From an uncultured Alphaproteobacteria bacterium (GTDB lineage Bacteria > Pseudomonadota > Alphaproteobacteria > RF32 > CAG-239): a stretch of 64,000 nucleotides of DNA. The notes under the pieces are model-generated. The model did no database searches. It had not been told where the DNA came from and saw only the letters and a list, made by a program, of their open reading frames with translations. The DNA lies in the NCBI GenBank assembly GCA_944391425.1, contig CALXTO010000006.1, positions 68 through 64,067 of the forward strand, read 5' to 3'. Made by a program: the position numbers and the translations under genes. This document shows positions 40,373-50,248 of this stretch, piece by piece. Within the stretch, counting starts at the first letter, position 1. The number at the start of each line of letters is the position of its first letter.

Positions 40373-40458
40373 CTTTTTACAAAAAACATTGTTTCTTTGC
40401 CGATTTTATTATATAAAAAGCATTAATTAAACTTAAATTTTTCAGATAAGTGGAAAAG

Positions 40459-41121
40459 ATGCACATTTTAGCTTTTGATACGACGGCGGCTCAATGCTCC
40501 ATAATTCTTCAGAAGGACAGGGAGGTTTTGTCGTCTTATAACGAATACATGGACTTCGGGCAGTCGGAAGTTTTGCTGCCGCAAATTGAAAAAATGCTGA
40601 AGCAAAACAATCTGAATTTTTCGGATATCGGGCTGCTTTTGGTTTGTGTCGGTCCCGGTTCTTTCACCGGTGTCAGAGCATCCGTGGCCGCCGCCAGGGT
40701 TTTCCCTTTTGCCTGTCCGGGTTTGGCAGTCGGCGGAATTTCTGCTTTTGATGCCTATATTCGCGGTTTTGGTCCGGATGAACTGGCTGACATCAACGCG
40801 GTTGTGATTGAAACCAAACGTGAGGACTTTTATGTCCAGTTATACGACAGAGAACGGCGGAAAATCGACACGCCGCAGGCAATGACATATGATGCGCTGA
40901 TAGATGCGCTCCGTTACAAAAAAGTTTCCCTGACGGGTGACGGCGTTGAACGCTTTTTGAACCGTCCCAGCGGACTCAGCCTGCATTGTATAAAAATGCC
41001 GGAGGCGCTTCCGATTGAACTGCTGGTGGAATGCGGCCTGCAGTTCTACAACGACAAAAAGCTTGACTTCCCCAAACCTCTTTATCTCCGTGCTCCGGAC
41101 GTAACACTGCCCAAAGCTTAG
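40459..41121 (+). CDS. tsaB: tRNA threonylcarbamoyladenosine biosynthesis protein TsaB (YeaZ)
   Basis: ILAFDTTAAQCSI N-terminus, then GPGSFTGVR, both typical of TsaB. An alternative in-frame GTG start lies at 40450. Confidence 0.88.
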   Translation: MHILAFDTTAAQCSIILQKDREVLSSYNEYMDFGQSEVLLPQIEKMLKQNNLNFSDIGLLLVCVGPGSFTGVRASVAAARVFPFACPGLAVGGISAFDAYIRGFGPDELADINAVVIETKREDFYVQLYDRERRKIDTPQAMTYDALIDALRYKKVSLTGDGVERFLNRPSGLSLHCIKMPEALPIELLVECGLQFYNDKKLDFPKPLYLRAPDVTLPKA

Positions 41122-42470
41122 GCCATTGCGTTGGTTTTGCCGAGAAGTTTTTGAACGGTTGACTGAATTTCGTTCTGGTGATTGGCCTCAATGATGCGGA
41201 TGATTTCCATTTCCTGCCGGTCAAGACGGCGGTTGATGCCCAGACTGTCATAATACTGTTTGGAACTGTTGTATAACTTGGCGGCCTGCAGACTGTTTCC
41301 CTGCGAATAAAAATGTTCGGACAACCGCTTACCGGCGTTTGCCACCTGGCGGATGTTGATTTCGTCATCGGCAAAATTCAAAACATTTTGATAGGCCCAA
41401 ACGGCTTTATTGACGGAAGATGCCCGCCAGTACATATCTCCGAGACGGCTCCAGGCCAGCACGTTGTGCGGCGTAAGTTCAATTGACAATTCAAAAGCGC
41501 CCGTGGCCAGATGAATATCGTTGATGGCCGACAATGTGCCGAAAATGCAGGCTTGGCGGGAGATTTCGGCATATAAGGCATCTTTTTGGGCGCCGGCAGC
41601 GGCACTGCGGTCGATATTGTAGTCCATCAGGTTTTCAAGCAATGCCAGAACCAGGGTTGTATCGCCGTGCGCCAGATGCAGTAAAGCTTCTTCTTCGCTG
41701 GGCAGAGGATTCGGAGAATCAATTTTTTGAAAGCTTTGGTTAAGACATAAACCGATAAAATCTTTGACCGCGTCTATAGTTTGCAAAATATCGTCTTCGG
41801 AACTGAGCCCTTGGTTTTTAAACATAACGGTTTGAGCAATTTTTAAGTCGTCTACCCCGCGGCCCAGCATGTCGATAATCAGTCCCAGAAGCTCCGGCAT
41901 TTCTTTCAGGCTTTGGCGATAGGACAAAACCTTTGGCTCAACCGGTGCCGGCTGGTTTTCCAGTTCTTTGAGCTTCCCTTTTTCCCAGTCCAGTTCGACC
42001 AGCGGAGCCTTGGCTTTTTCTTTTTCGTCCGCGCTTGCTTTTTTTTCTTTTTGCGCCTGTTCTTTTTTGGCTTTCTGATTTTCTTCTTTCTTTTTTTCAA
42101 AAACTTCTTTTTCTGCTCTGGCCATGTCCAGTTCGCGCTGCAGTTCCTTTTCAAGTTCTTTTTCGCGTTCCTGCTCTTCCATGATTTCGTTCAGACGGCG
42201 TTCGTCTTCTTCGTTAAATATGTCGTCTTCCGCGCTGCTGTCCGGCGCTTCTTTTTTCCCGTCGCTGCGTAAGAAGGAAATGATTGATTTGACGTAAATG
42301 ATGATAATCAGAAACAGAAAGAGGATAAAGGCCAAAATGATCAGGATAATGGAAGCAATGCGCAGATGATTTGCGCCGGACATGTATCCGTCGATAAGGC
42401 TGGCAATCATATCAATGTTATGTGACACCGTGCCGATAATTTCATTCGCGGAAACAAACTGTTCAAACAT
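41118..42470 (-). CDS. Hypothetical single-pass membrane protein with K/E-rich coiled coil and C-terminal TPR/Sel1-like helical repeats
   Basis: 450 aa. TM helix IASIILIILAFILFLFLIIIIYV, then about 100 aa of E/K repeats, then a helical-repeat-like C-terminal half. No enzymatic motif. Confidence 0.6.
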   Translation of the reverse strand: MFEQFVSANEIIGTVSHNIDMIASLIDGYMSGANHLRIASIILIILAFILFLFLIIIIYVKSIISFLRSDGKKEAPDSSAEDDIFNEEDERRLNEIMEEQEREKELEKELQRELDMARAEKEVFEKKKEENQKAKKEQAQKEKKASADEKEKAKAPLVELDWEKGKLKELENQPAPVEPKVLSYRQSLKEMPELLGLIIDMLGRGVDDLKIAQTVMFKNQGLSSEDDILQTIDAVKDFIGLCLNQSFQKIDSPNPLPSEEEALLHLAHGDTTLVLALLENLMDYNIDRSAAAGAQKDALYAEISRQACIFGTLSAINDIHLATGAFELSIELTPHNVLAWSRLGDMYWRASSVNKAVWAYQNVLNFADDEINIRQVANAGKRLSEHFYSQGNSLQAAKLYNSSKQYYDSLGINRRLDRQEMEIIRIIEANHQNEIQSTVQKLLGKTNAMA

Positions 42471-42576
42471 ATTTTATACTAACCATTTACAAAATGTATT
42501 TTAAGTCTTAAAATATCAAATCAGGGGAAGTATATCCGCCAAAAGTTAAAAAACACCTTAATAAAAAAGTAAAAAA

Positions 42577-43350
42577 ATGGGTTATCTGAGTCAACGCAAA
42601 AAAAATGAACGGGAAAAGGTATTTTTGCAAATATCCGCAGTTGTGCTCGGTTTTTTCAGCATTGCGGCTTTCTGTCCCTGGTTTCCCGAAAGTCTTCAAA
42701 ATGGGCTGTTTCACCTTTATCTTGTCAATTTGGGTATTTTTTTGCTGGCTTTGTTTTTTGAAAGATACGGATATGCGTTTTTTTTAGCGCTGTTGCTGGT
42801 TTTAAACTATTTTCACCTTGCTTCCTCCGCAAACATTTTTATGAATGTAAAAGTCGTTTCGGAGCATTCTTTGGATATTTCATATCTGCCGGAGATGTCT
42901 TTTGAACTTTCTGCCACGGACGGAACCGTTTTAAGCCGCCGGCGTCTGCAGCTGGCTTCCGGGACGGAAGTTCCGGTGATTACGATTGAAAAAGGAGGCC
43001 ATGTTTTCAGCTTGTTGCGTGTAAATTTTGCATCACTGAAATCTTCGGAAAGGGAGGGAGCTTTCCGCCAGTTAAAGGCATTTGTCGTTTCTCAGGATGA
43101 TCCCGTAATTGTCTTTGGCAATTTTGGCGAACCGGTTTGGGCGGATAATTTGAAAAAATTTTTGGTTGATACGGGGTTGCAGGTCAAAAACCGCCTGCTG
43201 TTGACCCAGCCCGGTTGCCGTTTTGGTCTTTTCTCGGCACCGTCTTTCTATATTCTGGCTTTTTCCAATGTCGGCATAAATGAGCTTTCAGCAAAATTTC
43301 CCAATGGAAAAAACTATCCGGAAGTCAATGCAGAGCTCGGCTTTTTTTAA
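42577..43350 (+). CDS. Hypothetical membrane protein (3 TM N-terminus + soluble domain)
   Basis: 257-aa ORF. Hydrophobic N-terminal approximately 90 aa. The C-terminal domain is vaguely reminiscent of membrane-anchored EEP-family proteins, but I cannot see the catalytic motifs. Confidence 0.5.
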   Translation: MGYLSQRKKNEREKVFLQISAVVLGFFSIAAFCPWFPESLQNGLFHLYLVNLGIFLLALFFERYGYAFFLALLLVLNYFHLASSANIFMNVKVVSEHSLDISYLPEMSFELSATDGTVLSRRRLQLASGTEVPVITIEKGGHVFSLLRVNFASLKSSEREGAFRQLKAFVVSQDDPVIVFGNFGEPVWADNLKKFLVDTGLQVKNRLLLTQPGCRFGLFSAPSFYILAFSNVGINELSAKFPNGKNYPEVNAELGFF

Positions 43351-44767
43351 GAAGTTTATAAACTTCACCTTCTTCAAAGGCTTTGGCATAGTCTAAAGCC
43401 GTGGCGAAAGTTTTGGCGCTTTGTTCCTTTTGGCCTCTTTGGTAGTCGATTAGGGCAATGTTGGCATAATCAACGGCGGCGCCGTCAGTCCGTTCGTTTT
43501 GAAGTTCACAGTCCAGCGATTGTTGAAAGAGGCCTCGTGCCCGCCGCAAATCACCTTGTTTCAAATAAATCATTCCCAACAGGTGATAAGCATTTGCCAC
43601 ATGAAAGCAGGAGGCGTGTTTTTGGCTGTCGTCGATTATTTGCCGCAGAATTTTTTCGCTTTTTGCTAAATCTTCGTTTTCAAATTCTGCCCGGGCGTTT
43701 AGCAAAAGGGATTCCCTCCGGGCAGAGGTGTTTTTGAGCTGTTTATAAATTTTTTCGGCTGCACGGCTGTAACGGATGGTTCCTTTCCAGTCTTCAATGG
43801 CCGCCGCATTATGAGCCAGCAGTTCAAGGCTGAAAGCTTCTCCCGCCGGATTGCGCATTTTGCGGTGGATGTCCAAAGCTTGGCGTGCTTTGCGCCCTGC
43901 CGGTTTATTTTGTCCCTGAATAATCAGGCTAAGGGCTTTTTGGTTAATGATTTCGGCATATCCCTGCTCGTGTTTGTTTTGCAAAAACAAACGCGAAGCT
44001 TCGTCAAAATAACTTTCCGCTTCGTCAAAATGTTTTTGCATTGTCATCAGCATACCGAGATTGCCTAAAATTTCGGCCTCGGCCAGAGGCATTTTCTTTG
44101 TTGCAAAAATTCTGCGGGCGGTTATCAGCATCAGACGGGAAAGATCTTCCATTCCACAAACCCTGTATACGGTACCGTTCATCAGGTAACTTTGGCCTTC
44201 TTCAAAAGCATATCCCGATTTTCTGAAAAAGAAGGCTGCCCTGGTAAAATTTTCAGATGCGGAAAGCATATCGCCTTCTCGGAGCTGCAGACAGCCGTTG
44301 CAGTAAGCCTGCAAAGCTTTTTCATATAAATCTGAACGGCCTTTTTTTCGATATAAAAGCTTTTCGGCTCGGTCATAATTTCCCTGTTGCAACAGAAACC
44401 ATATTTGAGCATTCTCGCTCATGGAAGCATGAGCGCGTCCGGTAAGCATGGCAGAAAAATCTGCAGCTAAGCCGTTCATGTTTTTTTCTTGAAGTTGCCG
44501 CCGCAGCGGCGCAAAATCCGTTTTACACAGTGCCTTAATGCTTTCTCTGGTTTGGTTCTTGTTTTGCCCGGCCAGAAATTCCGCGATTTTCTGAACGGTT
44601 TGAGAAGAGTAAAAAAATTTTTTTCGGCTTCCGGATTGCTTTTTTAAAATGCTTTCCGTCAGAATTCTGCCGATAAAATCGCGGCGCAGACAAATAATAT
44701 ACCTCCAAACGGCCAGCATGGGGATTATAATAAAGAGGATGAAAATGCCAAGCTGCAAATATTTCAT
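43325..44767 (-). CDS. Membrane-anchored tetratricopeptide (TPR) repeat protein
   Basis: 480 aa. N-terminal TM helix, then multiple 34-aa-like repeats with the A..%...G.%..A pattern, for example NAYHLLGMIYLKQGDLRRARGLFQQSL. Confidence 0.65.
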   Translation of the reverse strand: MKYLQLGIFILFIIIPMLAVWRYIICLRRDFIGRILTESILKKQSGSRKKFFYSSQTVQKIAEFLAGQNKNQTRESIKALCKTDFAPLRRQLQEKNMNGLAADFSAMLTGRAHASMSENAQIWFLLQQGNYDRAEKLLYRKKGRSDLYEKALQAYCNGCLQLREGDMLSASENFTRAAFFFRKSGYAFEEGQSYLMNGTVYRVCGMEDLSRLMLITARRIFATKKMPLAEAEILGNLGMLMTMQKHFDEAESYFDEASRLFLQNKHEQGYAEIINQKALSLIIQGQNKPAGRKARQALDIHRKMRNPAGEAFSLELLAHNAAAIEDWKGTIRYSRAAEKIYKQLKNTSARRESLLLNARAEFENEDLAKSEKILRQIIDDSQKHASCFHVANAYHLLGMIYLKQGDLRRARGLFQQSLDCELQNERTDGAAVDYANIALIDYQRGQKEQSAKTFATALDYAKAFEEGEVYKLLKKSRALH

Positions 44768-44858
44768 AAAATTAAGGTTTCTTTACCCAATGTTAGTTTT
44801 TGCTGTTTTATTATCTAAGATAACTTATCAAAAATTTAATGTATAGGGAATTTTTATT

Positions 44859-47297
44859 ATGAGCATAACCAAACTGAAATCAAGCCAGCTGTATACCAGG
44901 TGCGACCCGAAAAAATTCAAATTTTCGACCACGGCCGAGTTGGAGGAACGTTTGTCCGCCTTGGGGCAGGATCGTGCGCTCAGTGCGGTGGAAGTGGGTA
45001 TCAACATCCAGTCCAAAGGGTATAACCTGTTTTGCCTGGGACCTGAAGGAACTGGCAAAACCAGCTTGGTCAAACGCGTTTTGGTTAATGAGGCTAAAAA
45101 ACGTCCGGCGCCGGAAGATTGGGCTTACGTTTATAATTTTGAAGAACCCTACAAACCCCAGGCCATCAGTTTTCCGGCCGGAACTGCCGCCGAATTTGCC
45201 AAAGATGTCGACAAGCTGATTGAAAACCTTTCCGCATCTGTCCCGGCGGTACTGGAAAGCGACGAGTACAAAGCCGGATTAAGCATCATCCATGAAAAAT
45301 ACAAACAACACAAGGAAGAATATATCAAGGTTCTGCAAAAAAAGGCCAAAGGCAAAAGCGTTTCTCTTTTGCATATGCCGGTCGGACTGGTTGTTGCCCC
45401 GGTTAAAAACGGCGAGGTTTTAAGCCCTGAAGCCTTTGATGAACTGCCTGAAGAAGAGAAAAAGCAGCTGATCAACGATCTCAACCAGATGCAGGAAGAA
45501 ATCGAAAATACGGCGCAGGATCTGCCGCAGTGGGAAGATAAACAGCGCAAAGAAACCAATGATCTGCGGGAAAAGTTTCTGAAAATTGCCGTCAAAGATC
45601 CTATAGACGCACTTCATGCCAAATATAAAGGGCATAAACAGGCCAATGAATTTTTGAAAAAAATTCAAAGATATATTTTGAACAATGTGGACGAATTTCT
45701 GCCTGCGCAGGAAAATTCCGGAGCGGAAAACAATGCGGAAGATCCACTTTCGGCGCTGCTTTCCAAAATCAAACAGCCGGAAGAAGATAAATACGCCAAA
45801 TTCAAAGTTAATGTCATTGTTAAAAATGACAAAGATGCCGGCGCCCCGATTGTTCATCTGGATCATCCCACCCAGGGCAATCTTGTCGGACGTGTCGAAC
45901 GTATTCAGCAGTACGGTGCCCTGCTGACGGATTTTACTTTAATCAAAGCCGGTGCGCTGCATCAGGCTAACGGAGGATTTTTGCTGATAGATGCCCGCAA
46001 ATTGCTGCTTCAGCCTTATGCCTGGGATTCGCTCAAGCGTGCCCTCGCTTCCAAAAGCATAAAGATTGAAGCGCCCAGTGAAGACACGACCTTTACGACC
46101 ATTTCTCTGGATCCAGAGCCGATTCCGCTGAATATTAAGGTTATCTTAACCGGAGATGAGGATTTATACGAAGTTTTATCCGAGCGGGATCCCGATTTTT
46201 CCGACTTTTTTAAGGTCGAAGCGGATTTTGGCGTATTAATGGATCGTACGCCGGAAAACGAAATCGAATATGCCAAGCTCATCGGTTCCCTCTCTAAAAA
46301 GAAAAAACTGCGTTCTCTCAATAGGCAGGCTGTTTCCAAAGTGATTGAATATTCATCCCGTCTGGCGGAAGATTCGCAAAAATTGACGGCACACATCGCT
46401 TCAATCGGAGATCTGCTGCGCGAAGCGGATTACTGGGCGCGTAAATCCAAAGCCAACCAAATTGGCAAAAACCATATTGAACAGGCTATTCAGGCGCAGA
46501 TTTACCGCAGCGACCGCATCAAACAGGCAATGCTTGAACAGATTGACAAAGGTACAATCTTAATGGATGTCCGCGGCGAGCGAGTCGGACAGATTAACGG
46601 CTTAGTCGTTTATAACTTTTCACGAACCAGCTTCGGCAAACCGGCGCGCATCACCACTCAGGTTCGTATCGGCAAGGGTGAGTTCATCAATATTGAGCGT
46701 GAAATAGAAATGAGCGGACCGATTCATACCAAAGGCGTGTTGATTTTGCAAAGTCTTCTGGCCAACCGTTTTGCCAAATATTCACCGCTTTCACTGGAGG
46801 CGTCGATTGTATTTGAACAGTCTTACGGCGGTGTTGACGGCGACAGTGCATCTTCAACCGAGTATTACTGCATGCTTTCGGCCATTGCTAACCTGCCAAT
46901 TAAACAGAGCATTGCCGTAACAGGATCCATCAATCAGTTTGGCGAGATACAGCCCATCGGTGGTGTCAACGAGAAAATTGAAGGCTTTTTTGACGTCTGC
47001 AATCATCGCGGTTTAACCGGCAGCCAGGGCGTTATTATTCCGCGTACCAACGTCAAGGATCTGATGTTGCGCGAAGATATTTTGAAAGCCGTCGATGACG
47101 GAAAATTCCATGTCTGGGCTGTTGACAATGTTGACGATGGCATAGAAATTCTTACTGGCATGAAAGCCGGCAGCATGGATAAAAGGGGCCGTTATCCCAA
47201 GGGGACGGTCAACCGTGCCGTTCAGGAAAACCTGGAAATGTTTTATAAGCGATATGTCCATTATGCAAAAGAAACGCACGGTTGTCTTGGCAAATAA
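44859..47297 (+). CDS. Lon-like (LonC-type) protease: AAA+-like module with large helical insertion + S16 Ser-Lys protease domain
   Basis: 812 aa. Walker A GPEGTGKTS, then an approximately 200-aa coiled-coil insertion before a Walker-B-like GGFLLIDA (Asp present, catalytic Glu replaced by Ala). C-terminal Lon protease motifs VDGDSASS (Ser) and GGVNEKIEGF (Lys). Confidence 0.85.
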   Translation: MSITKLKSSQLYTRCDPKKFKFSTTAELEERLSALGQDRALSAVEVGINIQSKGYNLFCLGPEGTGKTSLVKRVLVNEAKKRPAPEDWAYVYNFEEPYKPQAISFPAGTAAEFAKDVDKLIENLSASVPAVLESDEYKAGLSIIHEKYKQHKEEYIKVLQKKAKGKSVSLLHMPVGLVVAPVKNGEVLSPEAFDELPEEEKKQLINDLNQMQEEIENTAQDLPQWEDKQRKETNDLREKFLKIAVKDPIDALHAKYKGHKQANEFLKKIQRYILNNVDEFLPAQENSGAENNAEDPLSALLSKIKQPEEDKYAKFKVNVIVKNDKDAGAPIVHLDHPTQGNLVGRVERIQQYGALLTDFTLIKAGALHQANGGFLLIDARKLLLQPYAWDSLKRALASKSIKIEAPSEDTTFTTISLDPEPIPLNIKVILTGDEDLYEVLSERDPDFSDFFKVEADFGVLMDRTPENEIEYAKLIGSLSKKKKLRSLNRQAVSKVIEYSSRLAEDSQKLTAHIASIGDLLREADYWARKSKANQIGKNHIEQAIQAQIYRSDRIKQAMLEQIDKGTILMDVRGERVGQINGLVVYNFSRTSFGKPARITTQVRIGKGEFINIEREIEMSGPIHTKGVLILQSLLANRFAKYSPLSLEASIVFEQSYGGVDGDSASSTEYYCMLSAIANLPIKQSIAVTGSINQFGEIQPIGGVNEKIEGFFDVCNHRGLTGSQGVIIPRTNVKDLMLREDILKAVDDGKFHVWAVDNVDDGIEILTGMKAGSMDKRGRYPKGTVNRAVQENLEMFYKRYVHYAKETHGCLGK

Positions 47298-47304
47298 ACC
47301 GATA

Positions 47305-47340
47305 AAAAACAGCCTCCGCGAAAGGAGGCTGTTTCTTTGA
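47305..47340. terminator. Bidirectional rho-independent terminator between the Lon-like gene and accD
   Basis: AAACAGCCTCC-GCGAAA-GGAGGCTGTTT hairpin flanked by an A-run and a T-rich run, located between convergent genes. Confidence 0.85.
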
Positions 47341-47353
47341 ATAAGCGACGGAT

Positions 47354-48238
47354 TTATTTGGGCGCTTCAATAGATAAAGTGTTCAGTTGCGGCTTTTTAT
47401 GGGTCAGAATGCTGATAACCTTAATCAGTTCATTGCGCAGTTCCGGACGCCGGACAACAATATCGACCATGCCGTGTTCTTTAAGATATTCGGCGCGCTG
47501 AAAACCTTCGGGAAGTTTTTCACGGATTGTCTGCTCGATAACGCGTGCGCCGGCAAAGCCAATAACGCAGCCTTTCTCGGCAATATGCACGTCACCCAAC
47601 ATCGCAAAAGACGCCGAAACACCGCCGGTGGTCGGATCTGTCAGCACTGAGATAAAAGGCAGTCCTTTTTCTTTTACCATATTAACAGCCGCCGTTGTCC
47701 GTGCCATCTGCATCAGGGATAAAATACCTTCCTGCATACGCGCGCCGCCGGAAGCAGTGATTGTAATCAACGGATAATTCCCGCGCATGGCAATTTCTCC
47801 GGCTTTGACAATGCCTTCGCCGACATAAGTTCCCATGGAACCGCCCATAAAGCTGAAATCCATGGCGGCAACCACACAGGTAATTCCGCCGATTTCTCCC
47901 TGCGCAACCTTTATGGCATCTTCACTTCCGGTTGCCTTGCGGTAAGATTTGAGCCTGTCGACATATTTTTTGGAATCTTTAAAATTCAAAGGGTCTTCCT
48001 TAAGTTTGGGCAGAGAAATCAATTTATACTCGCCTCCGTCAAACAACATTTCGAAACGTTTGGTCAAAGGCAGACGCAAATGATGATCGCAGGAAGTACA
48101 GATATAATTGTTTTTCTCCAGCTCTTTGGTGAACAGCATTTGCCCGCACTGCGGGCATTTGGTCCATAAGTTGTCGGCAATTTCTTTGGTAGTGATTTTT
48201 TTGATTTTAGGTCTTACAAAGTCAGACAGCCAGTTCAT
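47354..48238 (-). CDS. accD: Acetyl-CoA carboxylase carboxyltransferase subunit beta
   Basis: 294 aa. N-terminal zinc ribbon CPQCGQ...CTSCDHH, and the carboxyltransferase core GGSMG...GGARMQEG. Confidence 0.96.
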   Translation of the reverse strand: MNWLSDFVRPKIKKITTKEIADNLWTKCPQCGQMLFTKELEKNNYICTSCDHHLRLPLTKRFEMLFDGGEYKLISLPKLKEDPLNFKDSKKYVDRLKSYRKATGSEDAIKVAQGEIGGITCVVAAMDFSFMGGSMGTYVGEGIVKAGEIAMRGNYPLITITASGGARMQEGILSLMQMARTTAAVNMVKEKGLPFISVLTDPTTGGVSASFAMLGDVHIAEKGCVIGFAGARVIEQTIREKLPEGFQRAEYLKEHGMVDIVVRRPELRNELIKVISILTHKKPQLNTLSIEAPK

Positions 48239-48260
48239 TTTTCTTTACCTTAAAGTTAGA

Positions 48261-48677
48261 TTATTTTTCTGCTTTCGCATCAGGATCGGAAGCTTTTTTG
48301 CTTTTTTTGAACAAATTTTTGAATCTGTCCCCCAAAGACGGTTTGGGCAGTTGTGCCTCCAGTTCTTTAAGGTTTTCCAGATTCTCATGCAGGCCTTCCA
48401 TTTCACGGACCAGACGCTGCTGTTCTTTGTTTAGCTTTTTGTTCTGTTTTTTCTGCTTGCGCAGAGCCTGACGTACCGGGGCATAAGACAGCCAGGAGAA
48501 AAAGCTGCCGATAACAAAGCCCAGGGCAATAAAAAACACGATTGCCACGCTGAGCGACACCGTAATTTCAATATAAAAAGGCCATAGGTCAAAAGTTGCC
48601 AGGTCGTTGTTGACAAAGGCAAAAACCAAAATCACGACCAGTAGCGGCAATCCGATCAGCATTTTTATAAAACCCAT
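48261..48677 (-). CDS. LapA-domain (DUF1049) inner-membrane protein
   Basis: 138 aa. Two TM helices followed by a basic/coiled tail. Sits immediately downstream of ihfB, as in many Alphaproteobacteria. Confidence 0.75.
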   Translation of the reverse strand: MGFIKMLIGLPLLVVILVFAFVNNDLATFDLWPFYIEITVSLSVAIVFFIALGFVIGSFFSWLSYAPVRQALRKQKKQNKKLNKEQQRLVREMEGLHENLENLKELEAQLPKPSLGDRFKNLFKKSKKASDPDAKAEK

Positions 48678-48710
48678 GAGCCAGGCTCCTTTTTATGTTC
48701 GCTTTGAGCT

Positions 48711-48989
48711 CTACTTATTTAAGAGTTCAAACAGTTGTTTTCCAGTTTTAAAATGAGGAATATTGCGTTCTTCCACTTTTACCTGCTCTCCCGTGCGTGG
48801 ATTCTTTGCAATCCGCGGCGAGCGGGTACGAACCGAAAAAGCGCCGAAGCCGCGAAATTCGACTCTGTTCCCTTCTGCCAGGGAGCTGGTTATCTTATCA
48901 AAAACGACGTTTACGATTCTTTCAACGTCTTTCAACATCAGGTGGGGATTTTTATTTGCGATTTTTTCGATTAATTCTGATTTTGTCAC
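48711..48989 (-). CDS. ihfB: Integration host factor subunit beta
   Basis: Start placed at GTG 48989 (VTKSELIEK...), with GAGG 8 nt upstream. The ORF-track start at 49049 adds 20 unconserved residues. The HU/IHF signature is RGFGAFSVR...R.ARNPRTGE-like ([12 protein letters not shown]). Confidence 0.92.
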   Translation of the reverse strand: MTKSELIEKIANKNPHLMLKDVERIVNVVFDKITSSLAEGNRVEFRGFGAFSVRTRSPRIAKNPRTGEQVKVEERNIPHFKTGKQLFELLNK

Positions 48990-49102
48990 TTTAATTACCT
49001 CATTATTTATTGTTTTTATTAAATTACCTGTTTTTGTTCTAATTATCAATATATCAATTTAAAAAAAAGCCCAAATTTAAACCTTTAGTTATCCAAAGGG
49101 AT

Positions 49103-50248
49103 TTACTCGTCGTTGGCCAGTCGCGCTACCGGAATGTGCCTTTCCGCTTCTCCCAGTTCAATATCTTCGATTTTTTGAATTCTTTTGTTGATTTTACCCG
49201 ACGAAATTTTAATACTTTCAACGTCTTCGTTAGCCTGTTTGAAATGTTTGCTCAGGTTTTCGATTCTGTCGTCCAGCCGTCCGATGTCTTCAACCAGCGT
49301 GCCGACTTCTTTTTGAATGACTCCGGCCTGTTCGCGCATTTTGGCATCTTTCAGAATGGCGCGGATCGTGTTGAGCGTTGCCATCAGGGTTGTCGGCGAA
49401 ACAATCCATACCTTGGAGCGATAAGACGCTTCCACCACATCGGTAAAGTTGGCATGCAGTTCGGCATAAATCGCTTCGCTTGGCAAAAACATCAATGCGG
49501 ATTCCGCCGTTTCTCCAGCAATAATGTATTTTTCGGAAATGTCTTTGATATGTTTTAAAACCGAAGCCCGGAAAAATCTTTCGGCTTCGATTCTTTCCCG
49601 TTCGTTGCCGGCTGCCCGCAGGGCATGGTAGCTTTCCAGCGGAAATTTTGCATCGATGATTATGGTTCCCGGCGGATTCGGAAGCTTCAGCACGCAGTCG
49701 GCACGCTTACCATTTGACAATACAAATTGAAAATCATAAGCATTCGGCGGCAGGATGTTTGTTACCAGATCATTAAGCTGTATTTCGCCGAATGCGCCGC
49801 GCGCCTGTTTGTTGGACAGCACTTCCTGCAGAGAAACAACCTGTTCCGACAGGGATGATATTTTTTGCTGTGCCGCATCTATTTTGGCCAGGCGCTCCCT
49901 GAGGTCAGTCAGTGTTTCGTTTGTTTTGGCCGTTGTCTGTTGCAGCCCGTCGCCCACGCTTTTGGTCACAGCCAAAAGCTTCTCGTCCATAATTTTCAAG
50001 ACGGCCATTTTCTGTTCGTTGATGGCGGCGGCAATTTTGTTTTGTTCCTGAGAATTATGTTCGCTGAACTGGGCCAGGCGTCCGGCCAGTTCGGCCTGGC
50101 TGCGCAAAAACAACTCTCCAAGAGCGGTATTTTCTTTGCGTCTGTGTCCCCAAAACCAAAACAACAAATTGCCCGTCGTCAGTACGACCAACAGGCCGAC
50201 CAGAATCAATACGGCATTTTCGTTTAACAAGCTACTTAGATTCTGCAA
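49103..50248 (-). CDS. rmuC: DNA recombination protein RmuC
   Basis: 381 aa. N-terminal TM helix, coiled coil, and a C-terminal nuclease-like core (RADCVLKLP...[21 protein letters not shown]). Confidence 0.9.
   Translation of the reverse strand: MQNLSSLLNENAVLILVGLLVVLTTGNLLFWFWGHRRKENTALGELFLRSQAELAGRLAQFSEHNSQEQNKIAAAINEQKMAVLKIMDEKLLAVTKSVGDGLQQTTAKTNETLTDLRERLAKIDAAQQKISSLSEQVVSLQEVLSNKQARGAFGEIQLNDLVTNILPPNAYDFQFVLSNGKRADCVLKLPNPPGTIIIDAKFPLESYHALRAAGNERERIEAERFFRASVLKHIKDISEKYIIAGETAESALMFLPSEAIYAELHANFTDVVEASYRSKVWIVSPTTLMATLNTIRAILKDAKMREQAGVIQKEVGTLVEDIGRLDDRIENLSKHFKQANEDVESIKISSGKINKRIQKIEDIELGEAERHIPVARLANDE

Noticed and set aside
41913-42272. Phe/Lys-rich 119-aa ORF (and the similar 12584-13042 ORF) with striking low-complexity repeats
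   Set aside because: These are the antisense translations of the K/E-rich coiled-coil coding segments of real minus-strand genes: GAA/AAA repeats read as TTC/TTT. They are neither independent genes nor DNA repeats of structural interest.
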